Below, in pieces: positions 62,114-64,000 of a stretch of 64,000 bases of DNA (position 1 is the first letter of the stretch; the number at the start of each line of letters is the position of its first letter). The notes below the pieces were generated by a model, which saw only the letters and a program-made list of their open reading frames with translations, had not been told where the DNA came from and ran no database searches. The stretch lies in NCBI RefSeq assembly GCF_006345805.1, contig NC_042997.1:8742001-8806000 (forward strand), in the 5' to 3' direction. Both the position numbers and the translations under genes were made by a program. Source of the DNA: Octopus sinensis (taxonomy: Eukaryota).

Positions 62114-64000
62114 GTAAACAAGTGTATTGCTATATACAGTCGTAGAGTTCAAATCTTGTCATCACCAGAACATGAACAGGGATAATCACACCTGGCTTAT
62201 TTGGCTTGACTATACCTCATAACTTCATGCATTATGGGATTGATCAGTCTGTTACAACAAAGCCTGTCTACTGATATAGTTAGATGCTATATATATTTTA
62301 CTGTATGATTTCTCAGCTGGTCATCTATAGATTTCATACCATGATTTACACTGCTTAATTGCACTCATAAAATTATTTCTATTTGCACAACAATGTTAAT
62401 ACGCATTTTAACGATTCTACATTTCAACACACGTAACACTACCAGACAATTAGACATCTTTAATATGTAAATCTCAGGTCTTCATCTTTAATTATCTTAA
62501 ATCAGCCAATTTTAGCAATGCTATTCGATTTTACCAACAGACAATCTATTAGTTTCTCATCATATTAGTCTGCTGTTAATGCTTCTCTCATTTTACTCCA
62601 TTTGAAAGACAAAAGCTTTTCCCCCCATGAAATCAATAGAACTAATGTGAAAATCATTGTTTCTCAACCTGTAACACTTAAGTATTTGCTACATGACTTC
62701 TACTTCATCAGTTCAACTAAATCTGCTATTAAAAACAAGAAAACAAAAACAAAAAAAAATTGTGTCTCTCCTGGATTTGTCTCCATTCTAATTCAGATTT
62801 AAAATTAATCTCACTTGGCATAAAACAGAATTATTTCCTGCATGCTAACTGTGGTTTTATGTGTTGATGTTCCAGTATTAATCATATTTAGTTTGTCTGT
62901 GCAGGAACAATCCTCTTGTTAAAGATAAACTTTTGCCTGATTACTTCTGAAAGCACAATACTCATGTAAATATTATTATCAAAAGTGTAATGGAGTGCAG
63001 AAATACTGGAACACCAGACTAAATATCTCACTGAATTTAGTTTGTCCCTGTATGCTTTGAGTTTAAATGCAGTATTGGATTCAGTTTGATGGAAGAATTA
63101 TTTTATTCACGAGTTTACAGTCCATATTTCTGTTTATTTATTTCATATAATAATTTACAAACAATAGCAGTATTGGTTATACATTTCCTATAGACTAATT
63201 ACTGCTTCACTGATTTCTGATGTTAATAGTGATAAGGGAAGGCCATTGTTTTGGGGGTTTTTTTTTCCACTAGTGTTTAAATACTTCACTGATATGCAAT
63301 GGTAAACGATATGTGCACACACACACATACACACACACACAGAGGTTAGTGAACATGAGTCTAAAAAAAAATTGTACTAAATACATAATGACATTAAGCA
63401 GAGTGTATGCGTGTACTTTATTAGAAGTGGAAACTATTTGATTGGTAACTTAGAGTTTCATGCAACCAATTACTTAAACAATTAGATTGCTTGAATAACT
63501 CAGTGACGTGAAAGCTATGATTGAAAAAGCTTCAGTATCTAATGATGATGATGATGATAATGATGATGATGATGATGATAATGATGATGATGATGATAAT
63601 GATGATGATTTTATGTACATATCCACATACAAACTTTCCGCATACTATCTCTCTCTCTCTCTGTATTTCATATATATATAGATATATATATATATATATG
63701 TATGTATGTATGTATGTATGAATGTATAATCACAATGAGGATATTTAAACTGATTATAGTGATATTCTATCCAAGACAAACTGGTTTAATATATTTATTT
63801 TTTGAAGAGATATTTCTTTAATGAATATATTATCTAAAATTTAAAATATCAAACATTATTATCGAGTTAGTAAACAGGGATATCTAATGGAGAAAAATTA
63901 GCTTATTCATTACTTGACATATACACCTACAATTGTTTCATTTCGCAGTTGTCGGTGAATATGTTAAGTAATCTATTTTCTAATTCGATAATATATATAT

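Overview
AT-rich, microsatellite-dense eukaryotic (non-prokaryotic) DNA whose SINE/LINE content resembles a coleoid cephalopod (Octopus-like) genome; the species call is an inference. No complete, identifiable host gene is visible. The window is mostly transposon-derived. It holds many tRNA-derived SINEs, a 5'-truncated but open RTE LINE with a PHD-like finger inside its RT region (53431-55268) plus older RTE relics, and a frameshifted Penelope-like element (RT + GIY-YIG, 28140-31135). It also holds DD37D (maT) and mariner transposons, MITEs, non-autonomous Helitrons, an old Gypsy element with both LTRs, and R4/Dong-type LINE fragments. Two features stand out. The first is a cluster of three different minimal hammerhead ribozymes within ~700 bp (31040-31733), in modules separated by (TA)n arrays; one carries a compensatory U3:A8 core. 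The second is a 2.66-kb CpG-rich promoter/exon-like cassette (50762-53422) built from two partial tandem (circularly permuted-looking) duplications and a 225-bp fold-back, sitting next to the RTE 5' truncation. Most short ORFs in the supplied track are microsatellite or repeat artefacts. A few low-confidence candidate exons are listed.
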